Positions 1-11,356 of a stretch of 64,000 bases of DNA are shown piece after piece. A model generated the notes under the pieces. It did not search any database and was not told the DNA's origin. It saw nothing but the letters and a program-made list of their open reading frames with translations. This DNA comes from Botryllus schlosseri. Its lineage: Eukaryota. The stretch spans positions 3,658,001 through 3,722,000 of the forward strand of contig CM119379.1 in assembly GCA_051294905.1 (NCBI GenBank), in the 5' to 3' direction. The number at the start of each line of letters is the position of its first letter. The first letter of the stretch is position 1. Both the position numbers and the translations under genes were made by a program.

Positions 1-1
1 C

Positions 2-145
2 GACAGATTTCGCGTCATCGGGAGGGGCCGCTCACACTTTCACTTGTGTGCCTTGGAGTCGACCTTTATGAAAATGAACAAGCCCAGGCTTTGTCGACAA
101 AAGGAGTTCATGGATCATCTTAAAATAGTACATTCGATGGTTTTT
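2..145 (+). pseudogene. Penelope-like element GIY-YIG endonuclease C-terminal fragment
   Basis: Frame 2 reads DRFRVIGRGRSHFHLCALESTFMKMNKPRLCRQKEFMDHLKIVH. This aligns with the C-terminus of the GIY-YIG ORF at 43437-44033 (SRFSILARGRSLFHLKVLESTIIKLEQPILCRQKD). Confidence 0.8.
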
Positions 146-616
146 TATTCACCACGAGTACACAACGGGCCATCTACAACAGTTGGACTAAAAACGCTAC
201 ACAGTGGTTCGGAACCTTTTTCGACACATCGTCTCCTTATCAATCTCGAAATTTTCGCCCCCCCCCCTCCCACATTTAAGGATCCAAAAATTGGATATAT
301 TGCCTAAACGGGCAATCACTGGTAATTTTACTACTAAAATAGCCATTTTTCCGAAGTAGGAACACCGGTTTCCGCGTCTAATTTTCGTTGATTTCACATT
401 TTTTTCGCGTCATATGCAGAATAAGCCGTTCTAAAATGTTCGTGTCCTAGTATCCTTTGGTATTTTCGTCCTCTTGTTCCTCAAAATTGCCCACTGGGCC
501 CGATATCGTCCACGTTGGGAACCACTGGTCTAAACTATCTATGCATACCAAACTCTTTGAATTCCAGTGGAATCGACAGACTGCTCTGCTGAGATCAATA
601 ACAATCCGCCGGCGTA

Positions 617-688
617 TCCCAGATGGTCTAGGGGTCAGGATTCCTGGCTTTCACCCAGGCGGCCCGGGTTCGATTCCCGGTCTGGGAA
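617..688 (+). tRNA. trnE: tRNA-Glu(TTC), intact cloverleaf, no adjacent oligo-T terminator
   Basis: Acceptor TCCCAGA/TCTGGGA, anticodon arm CCTGG-CTTTCAC-CCAGG, T-loop GGTTCGATTCC. Confidence 0.92.
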
Positions 689-1816
689 CTCTTATTCAAC
701 TTGAATTCGAAAACGGTAATACCATTCACAGACCCGTGATTCAAGATATTATTTCGTCCGGTCCGCGGACAGTTTCCCGTTTGTAATGATAATGTAGCCT
801 GCGGCCCCAGTCTACCGAGATTCCCCACTACTTGCCTACTACGTCAAATTCTAGTGAATGTATGTTATCATATACGTGTGTGCGCAGCGTGCGAGAGTGA
901 AGCTTACGTGTAAGTTCGTCGAAGCGAGAAGACTTGAATTATCGGCATTTAAAATGCAGGCCTACTCAACTCTAATGACTTGATATCTTGGTAAATTTGG
1001 GGTTCCGCGGGCTTATCGATAGCATTGAAATCTTAATTAAGGAATGGACCATGTGTTAATTAATCTGAGAGAAGCAAATATGGCGGCGCCTGTATGACAA
1101 TGCTGTTCTCTAATCCACATTGTCTTCGGCATTATCGGCGAGAAATGTCTTTGAAGTGACATTGCGGTCGTTAAAATACATTCATTAATACGATTTATTC
1201 CTTGTATGTGTGGATAAATGGGCGAATAATGTATCGATTCAGCAATCCGGCCCGCCTAGTTCCTAATTTTCATATATCAGGCCCGCCGAATGGAGAAGTT
1301 GCCCGCTCCTGCTTCAAAATATCAAACCATATTTTGAGATCCTAAAAAGAAGATCTGAAAGCTTCAAAAAAGGGTGATTTTGAAAATTTTTCGATCGAGC
1401 GTATTGTGTTGACTAAAATAACGGTCATCACTTTGACTCACCCCCCGATTTTTTACGAAACTCTGACGTTCGTTGCGTCGGAGTCGCAGTTTTCGTGGCA
1501 TTGAAATCCTTTTCAGCGGAGAAGAGGACAAATCCCTCTAAAAGAGGACATTTGAGCGTCCTCCGAGGACACTTTCAATTTTTTTTTTTTTATACATTCC
1601 GGCAATCGCGCTTGAGTGTCCGTAAATATGTAGACTACCCTGTATGTTAAACAAATACGCCTATTCCCCAGTGGAAACCATTGAATTTCCCACCAGTGGG
1701 GAATTCCCCACCGGTTGGGAACCCCAGGTCTAAACTATCTATGCATGCCAAACTCTTTGGATTAAAGTGGAACCACCAGATTGGTTTCGTGAGATGAACA
1801 GCTCCGTGTCAAGGTC

Positions 1817-1888
1817 TCCCAGATGGTCTAGGGGTCCGGATTCCTGGCTCTCACCCAGGCGGCCCGGGATCGATTTCCGGTCTGGCAA
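1817..1888 (+). pseudogene. trnE: tRNA-Glu(CTC) pseudogene
   Basis: Anticodon CTC. B box altered (GGGATCGATTTCC) and acceptor 3' strand mismatched (TCTGGCA). Confidence 0.8.
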
Positions 1889-2126
1889 CACTCTTTCTCG
1901 AAAACGGCAATACAATTCACAGACTTTATTACCCGTAATTTCAGATGTCTTACATAAATAGACAAACATCGAAAGTCCTTGAAAGGATTGTCAGGCGATT
2001 GTAATCTTAGAATTTAGCTATATTAAGTCTAAACTACACTATCTATGCATGCACATTGCGCACTCTTTGAACTTAAATGGAACCGCCATATTCATTCGAT
2101 GGGATCAATAGCGCTGCTTTGCCGTC

Positions 2127-2198
2127 TCCCAGATGGTCTAGGGGTCAGGATTCCTGGCTTTCACCCAGGCGGCCCGGGTTCGAATCCCGGTCTGGGAA
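2127..2198 (+). tRNA. trnE: tRNA-Glu(TTC), intact
   Basis: Full cloverleaf, GGTTCGAATCC B box, TTTTT terminator at 2202-2206. Confidence 0.95.
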
Positions 2199-2369
2199 CG
2201 CTTTTTCAACTTGCATTTAAAAACGGCAATACCATTCACAAACTTTATACCATTAATTTCATACGCATAACATCAATAGAGAAACTGTATACGACTCGCG
2301 CTCCCATAAACGACAAAATATGGTACCTTATCGTGTCATATTTTCGGTAGTCGATAAAGTTTTGTATGG

Positions 2370-4061
2370 TGTGGGAGCTCTAGCCCCCTCTCTCCTATCT
2401 GTAGGAAGAAATACTACATCACGTGACTTATCGCATAGTTATAACCGAGCGCATATCGCATATTAGTCCCTTTTGATATGAGACTCACGTACGCCGTATA
2501 ACCTACTGCTTGAAGTGACCATCCGTCCAATACATATGGAAAAGGCAATTGTCGTCTATTGAACTACCAGTCAAGAGCTACACGCAGGACGCTCGTATCC
2601 GCTACTGCCAGCTAAGGGTATTGTAAGCCGCTATCCGCAACATACGGACTTGCGGCATATGCCATCGCAGAATATCGGACAGACAGCTCCTTTCACCGCA
2701 TGATGCCCACGAGTGAATGACTTAGTTCAAACGAAAAGACTCTTCGCTACTCCATCAACGGACCATTGATACTCACCTGCGACGATACGGAAACTCACTG
2801 AGAACACCAGGGCTGCAAGACACATCCGGTATTTACCCTTCTATACCATTTCTGGAATTGTTTGTCGGTCAGCAGTTCGCACATACCTTTCAGTTTAATT
2901 TTCCGTGTTATTTATTCCGCGCTTTGCCTATTACCATTTTCGTACATTTATTACGATATATATTAATATGGCAACCAGCAGCGAAACAGACGCAAGTGAA
3001 GCTCAAAATAAATTGCATAATTACGATCTTAGAAACCGCAGGGATGAACCTGCTACGGGATCCGGCCTATCCGATGATAATGTTCAAGTCAACATAGGCC
3101 TACTTCGTGAAAATCAAAATGTCGATGTCATAACTGCCGAAATTAACGGGCCTGTCACTCAGACGGACGCCGAGGATAATGATGAGGTATCCCGGGGCGC
3201 GAGTAGTGAGATTCCCCGGAATGCACCGCCTACCCGTGATCCGGTTCGCATGAACTTAGTTGTTGAACCACACCATCAATACGCTTCTCGCCCACGCGAG
3301 AACCGGCAAATTCGCTCATTCGGCTTGACAAAGGAATATCGTGACATGTGTATTGAGGAAGCTGGACGCGCTATTATTTCGTTTAAAGGTGCATCTTTTG
3401 ATCGAAACGCGCCCGCTTTATACTTCATTAACTAGTACGCATGGCCACAATGATTTCAGACGCTAAAGCCACCGATAATTCTTTACAACACTAATGCCTA
3501 GCCTAACCTAATGCCTCCTATTTGCTGTTTGTTTTTGACTACGGAACTAAACATGTATTTTTAAATTACTCGGGAAGTGAAAAGAGCTTCATAAAAGCCC
3601 TGACTGATTCATCGGGTAGTCCTTCCGTCGCGTTCCGTTGTCCCAATGACACGATACTTCTCGGCTATGGTCAATCGCAATTGACGCTTTCAATCGGTTC
3701 TTCGGTCGAATATACGTTCAGTTTTGAGATCGCATCGCTGCCCTATTGCATAATTGGCTCGGACTTCCTTCGCCATTTTGGTTGGACTGTAAACATGCGC
3801 GAGCGCACGATTAGGGATGAGCACAATCATATAACGATCTCAGCCGTTTCGGACGTTCAGAAGGCAGGTTTGGTATCTAACGTGACATCATGTTGTACAA
3901 ATGACCACATCGCAGCACTGCTGTCACGCTGCCAATCACTTTTTGATTCTGAACTCGACAGACCGCCTCTACATGAATTTGAATTTGATATACAGTTAAC
4001 ACATTACGCGTCATTTGTTGGATCGTTTAATCTGTCGATTCGCTTTACGCTATTGTACTAA
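2370..4061 (+). mobile_element. Decayed Ty3/Gypsy-like LTR retrotransposon fragment (gag-like ORF plus retropepsin)
   Basis: Begins TGT exactly where homology with the inverted duplicate ends (2369). ORF 3522-4061 resembles a degenerate retroviral-type protease (FVFDYGTKHVFLNYSG..., IIGSDFLRHFGWTVNMRERTI). ORF 2905-3435 is a low-complexity gag-like N-terminus (HNYDLRNRR). No second LTR or RT found. Confidence 0.55.
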
Positions 4062-5918
4062 ACGTGTTACCTGAATAAAACTAAGGATGACTGTTGTACA
4101 CAAAATTTCGACTTCCGGACGACGCTTGACGGCGCCTCGGAATTTGCAAGAATATGATCTGTCATTCATTTTCGCAGAAAACTAGCTGCACATTTTATAT
4201 CAATTTTGCCTCAATGACTTCGCCATTGTCTTGATGACAATAGCGTGGTCTCGGTTTTCTTTCATCTTTTGTTCTAAGTCTATATTCATTATTAGACTAC
4301 CTTGCTTGATTTTTCATTGTGCAGATATGGTCGCCATGCGATTTTAGTGCATGGCTACTGATTTCTGGTCACAGATATCCGTGAAACATTTTTGTATACT
4401 CACGATTCTCTTAACATCACCTATGCCCATTACAGCTACTTGGAAAACTTGCGAATTTGGGGTACGGTTGAAGTACGGGGTCTGTAGGTCTTCGCTTTCG
4501 CTCCCGGGTCGTATATGTAATGCCGTGAGCACGGGGAACTTATGCTTCCAAGTAATTTTCCTTGTACTGGCTGTGATATCTCGCCAAACTGTTTTTAGAT
4601 ATGGGGACTGCTGGTGCGCGATTCAGCAATTCTAATGCGCATGGAATTTATGATTTGCAACCCCCCAGTTTAAACTCATACTATTTACTTTCACGATTGC
4701 ATAACGAAGCAGAAGTAGGGTTCCGCCGACTCGCGTCTCGCCCGTGCGCCATTTTCTCGAAATGATCCACTGACCGGACATTATCATACGGTTTTTGGAT
4801 GAAATAATTATCCAACGTTTAGGCGAATTATACCTATCACACCGTTATTAAGGCGTATTCCACCGGTCGATACGCCATTATTATTATTAATCAGCCTTCG
4901 AAGCACACGAAAGTAGCTGGGCGCACGTTTACATTTGCGATATGTTAGGTGTGCGTGCTGTGATTATTACTTATTTGTTATTCCTAATCTTTCGATTCGT
5001 TAACTGACCGAGTTATTGATTAGCCCGCGTCGACATGGCGATTTCATACCGACACTCGATTTAGTTCGCCAGCACAACGCACGTGTTTCGACATGCCTTG
5101 TTGACCAGTTTGACTTCTATTTCTATTCTACGTCATGATTATGACGTCACCACTACAAGTAGACGTAATTGCAACATATAGCAGTGCTAGGATTCCCCAT
5201 ACAGAGCTGAGCCATCTGCTTCGCTGCTTGCCATATGTGCATTTCCCAATTTTGTGTATACGTTTGCTTGCTACCAGTGTGTTTACCATATTATTTTGCT
5301 CGCCTGTTGTTCCCCTTCGTCATTTTCGCCCCCTAGACCGCCAAATCGCTCACGTTGGCAACCACTGGGCTAATCTACCATTCGACGTGAAAAACCAGTC
5401 ATATAACCATAACTTTAAAATTGATTAAGACATATTCCTGCAATTTGGAGCCAAGTGGCATGGTAAATACCATAACGTAGGTGACCGTTTTTCAACCACT
5501 TTCATTTATACTGCGATACCCAATGCGTATCGAATAGATCGGCTTGGGCGATAATCGCACATCCAAAGCGCATCATGGTAAAATTTGATTTGACGAGCCC
5601 GACTAGGACGGGGCTCGCGTACTTTCGGTTTTTAATGTTATTTTCTCCGTATAGCTGTAGTGACTATGGTCCGAAAGTGCATGATCCCCGCAGGTCCGTC
5701 GGTTTGTCTGTCCGTCGCCAGAACACACTTATCCGATCATCAAAAGGTTTAGGTGCAGGGAATATGACATCAAACAGAACAAATATCAAAAACAAATAAT
5801 TTTTGAAAGTCTTGCCGTTCGAGGGGTAGTTTATCCCCGTAACATGAGCAAGAGCATGTTTACTCAGTAAACTGTATGTGTGTGTATGCAATAAACCAGT
5901 AACTTCATTTTATGTGAG

Positions 5919-6920
5919 TTAAAACACATTCAACTGATCCGGCCCGCGAGACGTTTGGAGGTCTGAATCCGGCCCGCGACCCGAATTGAAATTGACACCC
6001 CTGTTGTAAAGTATACCGTCCATTGTTGTAACCCTGACTGTGTTATCACAAGCATTTATCGTGCAGTATCCGTAGCAGCAGAACCTTATTTTTTTAGATA
6101 CAGTGTTGAAGCGATGACGCTTAAAGGCAAAGGAACACCATGGATTACTTGCACTGAGGTACTTTGCAATGACATCAGTCCATCCTGAATATGTGATGGT
6201 ATTGCCTCGAGCGCTTCTTTTGAATCTCTCCCATGTACCAAAATCCATATGAAACGAAGAGCTTTCGGGTAGAGGAGTAGGGGGCCGCCAGGTGTGAACA
6301 GTCGTAAGAAACTCAAATACCTGTCCAGCGTTTGGAGTAGTATCATTCTCGTGTATTGTTTGTTCCAGGCTTGATTTCCAAGCATCTACATGTAGTCCAT
6401 CAGAGCTTTCCATTCGGATATTGGAATCGATGTCGGGAGGCGTCGCAAGACACTCAAATTCCTGTCCAGCGTCTGGGGCAGTATCAATCTCGTGCATAGT
6501 CTGTCCCAGGCTTGATTTACAAGCATCTACATGCATTCCATCAAAGTTTTTCATTCGGATATTGGAATCGATGTCGGGAGGCGTCGCAAGACCCGCAAAT
6601 TCCTGTTCAGCGTCTGGAGTATTAACATTCTCGTGCGTTGTAGATTTTGTCGTTGCTATATTGGAATCCATGCCATCGTATGTACTTTTCCACATGTCTC
6701 TACATTTTCTCTTGGCATTTCGTATATTCTCTTTCGATTTGGAAAGAACCGACGGAAAAAGTTTACTGACAAGAAATAACCATATTTCCGTCGGGGGATC
6801 TCGTGAGAAGTTGAGTTCATTTAATTTGAAAAATTCTTCAGCAGCTTGTTCAAATTTATTCCGATCAATCGTCACGACACTGCCAAATCTGCCTCCAGAC
6901 AACATTTTTCCATCAGACAA
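5919..6920 (-). CDS. Transposon-derived ORF with ~40-aa tandem repeats and a Cys/His-rich domain reminiscent of NOF/Foldback-type proteins; C-terminus replaced by a hAT MITE end
   Basis: 333 codons open. TPDAxQEFxxLATPPDIDSNIRM repeated. Motif WTDVIAKYLSASNPWCSFAFKRH...CCYGYC...C. The last ~27 codons come from a CAGGGGTGTCAA...GCGGGCCGGAT MITE end. Family assignment is recall-based. Confidence 0.45.
   Translation of the reverse strand: MSDGKMLSGGRFGSVVTIDRNKFEQAAEEFFKLNELNFSRDPPTEIWLFLVSKLFPSVLSKSKENIRNAKRKCRDMWKSTYDGMDSNIATTKSTTHENVNTPDAEQEFAGLATPPDIDSNIRMKNFDGMHVDACKSSLGQTMHEIDTAPDAGQEFECLATPPDIDSNIRMESSDGLHVDAWKSSLEQTIHENDTTPNAGQVFEFLTTVHTWRPPTPLPESSSFHMDFGTWERFKRSARGNTITYSGWTDVIAKYLSASNPWCSFAFKRHRFNTVSKKIRFCCYGYCTINACDNTVRVTTMDGILYNRGVNFNSGRGPDSDLQTSRGPDQLNVF
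6345..6680. repeat. 120-bp coding tandem repeat, ~2.7 copies
   Basis: TGTCCCAGGCTTGATTT.CAAGCATCTACATG and CGGATATTGGAATCGATGTCGGGAGGCGTCGCAAGAC recur at 120-bp spacing (e.g. 6416 and 6536-6556 regions). Confidence 0.9.
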
Positions 6921-7423
6921 CTTGACCTGACTGATACGACGGACATACGACGTTAACTGCCTCCTTCAAATGTACATATTACAAAATTGAAGAGCACGTG
7001 AGTCGGAATGGAATAGGGGCCCATTATATACAGGCACGAGTGCACATGCCAGCGGGGTGTCCGTTGTTTTGACGGAATATGACGCCATTCGAGGAATCGC
7101 GCAAAGCTTCCGCAAAACTGATTTCACGCAATGTCGATGTTTCTTTTAAATCACTGAGATATTTTGCTACATCTCTTCGTTCATATAATGGCACCCGTAT
7201 AATTACGAGACGTCTTCATTCGGTTACGCCATTGTTTTGTTTACCGCTAATTATGTTAAGTGGCCCCTTAAGAAAGCTGAGTATGCATCACATTTGGACA
7301 ACTAGATAATTATAGTTGTCTAATTTCGCTAAAATCGAGCAAAATGCCAAGTAATCTGATTCCAATCTAATTTTTTAAATGTTGTTATGCTCTAATTCTA
7401 ATTCTAATCCAATTGTGATATTT

Positions 7424-9200
7424 TTTAAAGGTGTTCCATCATAAAATCTGTTACGAAATTTGGTATATGTTGCATTGTCACAATGTCTGACAACTTCGTA
7501 CCAAATTTCGAGTTGGGGGAATGGCAAATTTCGATATTAATGTTGACTTTCCCGTCGCTGATGATAAACTTTTCCCAGTCGTGTTCCACTCTTAAGTCAA
7601 TCTTCTCCATAGAAGCACAAGCCATTCTCCACGCTCTAAAATGGATCTGCCAGAATGGCTCATACCAACAAACATATCTGATTCTATCGGACAGTCTGAG
7701 CGTGCTATCCGCTATGACCAACCTGCAGGCACCGCAAACGCAGAATGTTATATTTGAATGTGGTCGCTTGCTGAATCAAGTGGTTCAGAAAGGCGCCATT
7801 GTTGTCCTGGTCTGGGTACCGGGGCATGCTGATATCGGTGGTAATGAATTAGCTGATAAATTGGCTTGGCAAGCTGCCAGGACCAATATCGAAAATACCC
7901 CTTCTCAGACGCTTCCAGAAAAAATTAGCCACGCTGAGGCGAAAGCCGAAGTACGTCAATACTGTAGAGCGACCTGGAACGCCGAATATCAACGAAATGA
8001 GCGTGGAGGACACTATCGAAATTTCCATAGATCATTGACTGATGGCCACTTTCCATCGATGCATCGACATAGGCTTTACGAACGAATAATATTTCGGCTT
8101 CGTTCAGGCCATTGCCGCCTGAAAGCGCATTTATATAAAATTGGATGTAGCGACACCGACCTATGCGACCATTGTACAGTACCTGATACAGTCGAGCATT
8201 TTTTGCTGCACTGCAATCGATATGATTTTCATCGGAACTTTTTAATCGACAGGGCGCGCGAGCTCAAAATCACTGCAACACTCGAAAATCTACTGATCAT
8301 CCCCGAAATGTTATCCCATGTTGCAGAATTTGTTATATCTTGTGGTACTTACTTGTAAATCGGTTATTGACCATATTTTGGTAAATCGCTCATTCTAGTC
8401 CGTGATGCACCTGGCCTTACAGGCGAAAAGCGTCACTCATCTTTTCATCAATAATAATAATAATAACATAAAATATGTTACGAAAATTGGTATGTTGCAT
8501 TGTCATAATGTCCTACAACTTCGTACCAAATTTCGAGTTGGGGGAATGGCAAATTTCGATATTAAAGTTGACTTTGTATAGGTGCGTGCTACAGTCCCGT
8601 AACGATATTGAAGTTGACTGTGTATATGTGCGTGCTATGCTACCGTAAAATAGATTAACGCAACGCAAAAGTCGGTATAGAACTGCGTTAGTTTTAAAGG
8701 TGTTCCATCATAAAATATGTTACGAAATTTGGTATGTTGCATTGTCATAATGTCCTACAACTTCGTACCAAATTTCGAGTTGGGGGAATGGCAAATTTCG
8801 ATATTAAAGTTGACTATGTATAGGTGCGTGCTACAGTCCCGTAACGATATTAAAGTTGACTGTGTATATGTGCGACGTGCGTGCTACGCTCCCGTAAAAT
8901 AGATTAACGCAAAAGTCGGTATAGAACTGCGTTAGTTTTAAAGGTGTTCCATCATAAAATATGTTACGAAATTTGGTATGTTGCATTGTCATAATGTCCC
9001 ACAACTGCGTACCAAATTTCGAGTTGGGGAAATGGCAAATTTCGATATTAAAGTTGATTATGTATAGGTGCGAGCTACGCTACCGCAAACAGATGTAACG
9101 GAAAAGTCGATGTTGGACGGCGTTGGTTTTGAAGGCGTTTCATCCTAAAATGGTTGACGAAATTTGGTATGCTACACCTTAATGATGTTGGCTAACACTG
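7424..9200. repeat. ~240-bp tandem repeat array (3-4 units) interrupted by a LINE
   Basis: CATAAAATATGTTACGAAATTTGGTATGTTGCATTGTC...ACCAAATTTCGAGTTGGGG recurs near 7440, 8467, 8709 and 8952, then decays. Confidence 0.9.
7551..8466 (+). mobile_element. 5'-truncated I-group (I/Nimb-like) non-LTR retrotransposon 3' end: RNase H plus zinc knuckle
   Basis: RNase H motifs IFSIEAQAI, ILSDSLSVL, WVPGHADIGGNELADKLA; RLRSGH; CDHCTVPDTVEHFLLHC; stop at 8358; (AAT)n tail 8450-8466. The ORF-track start at 7483 lies in the host repeat. Confidence 0.9.
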
Positions 9201-10149
9201 TTATGAGTTTCGTGATTGGGTCTCAATTAGCGGAGTAGTAATTCGTTATCAAAATCGAGTATCTAATAATGTCGCGGTGAACTGGCATCTAGCCTGCGCG
9301 TGAGTGTGTACGCGTGCATTCACCGATTCGAGGCTCGGATCCCCCGTCATTTTCCGAGGCTGGATTTCCGAGGCTGTGATCCCCTTTGGTGTACAGGCAG
9401 GCCAAAGCTACACGGTCAGTGCACAAGTAAAAGCTGAGCGGCTGAACGTATATAATAAAGTTAATAACTTGAAAATGCGACTTTCAGAGCAATGCGTCCT
9501 GGATTTTTTCTGTGGCGAATCAGGAAAATGACTTTGTCTCAAATCCAACTAGGAGAATGGCAAGAGTGCCGATGCACGCGCGCACACAAATAAATGGAAT
9601 CAAAATATATATAGGTATATTATTTGGATTTGGTAAGTATCGAGAATAAAAAACTTCAAGTAAATTTCCGCAGATGAATTGAATGGATATGAACGCTGTC
9701 TATTAATTCAAGACGACCGCAAATAGAATAAAAAACCATCCGCTGATTTCAATCGTCTGTAGTATACGAAGAAGGCGTAAAGAATAGCAAATCCTTCCAA
9801 GCATGTTCCCATGAGCCCTGTTATGACTCCGTGTTCTTTATATTTCACCACATTAATGATGAAAAGCACGAAGTTGGTCGTCACCATAATAACGTAAATC
9901 ACTGAAAAGTAAGAAAGGATTCACATTCAATAGCGTTCTTGTAAGGGATATATTGGCAAACATTTTTGTAGAAAGGAAAGGTATATTTAGGGCAGGGTTT
10001 CCCAACCTGTAGGCCATGGTCCGTTGCGGGCCACGAGACCGTCAGAGGAGCACGCAAATATTTTATCATCCACAAGTCTATAGTCCACGATAACAAACGA
10101 AATAAATTAAAACTTATCCGCTTAAGCTTGACGCTGAGCGTTCAAAGCC

Positions 10150-10350
10150 ATAATTTCTGCCATTGGCGAATATCTGTTGGATGATCCCGCCTGTGCGAAA
10201 AATTATCGAGACGACAGACTTTGCGTCATCAAGAGGGGCCGCTCACACTTTCACTTGTGTGCCTTGAAGTCGACCTTTATCAAAATGCACCAGCCCAAGT
10301 TTTGTCGACAAAAGGAGTTCATGGACCATCTTAAAATAATACATTCGATG
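10150..10350 (+). pseudogene. Penelope GIY-YIG C-terminal fragment (copy 2)
   Basis: SAIGEYLLDDPACAKNYRDDRLCVIKRGRSHFHLCALKSTFIKMHQPKFCRQKE matches SAIGQHLLTHPECAKSFKDSRFSILARGRS of 43437-44033. Confidence 0.8.
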
Positions 10351-10830
10351 GTTTTTGATTCACCATGAGTAGACAACGGGCCATCTACAACAGTTGGACT
10401 AAACGGGCTACACAGTGGTTCGGAACCTTTTTCGACACATCGCCTCCTTATCAATCTCGAAATTTTCGCCCCCTCCCCCCCACCCATATTTAAGGATCCG
10501 AAAATATGACATATTACCTAAACGGGCAATCACTGGTAATTTTACTACTAAAATAGACATTTTCCGAAGTAGGAACACCGGTTTCCGCGTCTAATTTTCG
10601 TTGATTCGGCATTTTTTTCGCGTCATATGCAGAATAAGCAGTTCTAAAATGTTCGTGTCCTAGTATCATTTGGTATTTTCGCCCTCTTGTTTCTCAAAAT
10701 TGCCCACTGGGCCCGATATCGTCCACGTTGGGAACCACTGGTCTAATCTATCTGTGCATGCCAAACTCTTTGGATTCAAGTGGAACCACCAGATTGGTTT
10801 CCTGAGATGAACAGCTCCCGTGTCAACGTC

Positions 10831-10902
10831 TACCAGATGGTCTAGGGGTCAGGATTCCTGGCTCTCACCCAGGCGGCCCCGGTTTGATTCCCGGTCTGGG
10901 AA
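10831..10902 (+). pseudogene. trnE: tRNA-Glu(CTC) pseudogene
   Basis: Acceptor 5' TACCAGA mismatched and T-arm GGCCCCGGTTTGATTCC altered. Confidence 0.8.
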
Positions 10903-11147
10903 CACTTTTTCAACTTGAATTCGAAAACGGCAATACAATTCAGACTTTATTACCCGTAATTTCAGATGTCTAACATAAATAGATAAACATCGAAAATCCT
11001 TGAAAGGATTGTCAGTCGATTGTAATCTTAGAATTTAGCTATATTAAGTCTAAACTAAACTATCTATGCATGCACATTGCGCACTCTTTGAACTTAAATG
11101 GAACCGCCAAATTGATTCAGTGAGATCAATAGCGATCCTCCGCCGTC

Positions 11148-11219
11148 TCGCAGATGGTCTCGGGGTCAGGATTCCTGGCTTTCACCCAGGCAGCCCGGGT
11201 TCGAATCCCGGTCTGGGAA
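11148..11219 (+). tRNA. trnE: tRNA-Glu(TTC) variant, probably impaired
   Basis: Glu cloverleaf with acceptor mismatch (TCGCAGA) and A14>C in the A box; TTTTT terminator follows. Confidence 0.7.
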
Positions 11220-11356
11220 CGCTTTTTCAAGAAGTCATTTTCCGCAGATGAATTGAATGGATATAAACGCTGCCTATTAATTCAAGACGACCGCAAATAG
11301 AATAGAAAACCATCCGCTGATTTCAATCGTCCGTAGTATACGAAGAAGGCGTAAAG

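Noticed and set aside
457-2350. Repeated ORFs containing PDGLGVRIPGFHPGGPGS (also 11066, 20282, 22446)
   Set aside because: These are translations of tRNA-Glu genes and their flanks, not a protein family.
4740-5159. Possible minus-strand LTR (TGTAGTGG...) with a TGGCGC primer-binding site
   Set aside because: No canonical CA end, no second LTR, and no match to a tRNA 3' end that I can confirm.
7440-8575. Possible ~110-bp target-site duplication around the I-group LINE
   Set aside because: The two flanking copies differ at about 7 positions, while the right copy is almost identical to the next tandem unit. They are better read as pre-existing repeat units.
11225-11250. GAAGTCATTTTCC at a deletion junction looks like an inverted templated insertion
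   Set aside because: TTCAA microhomology plus a small slip and one substitution explains it equally well; it cannot be resolved by eye.
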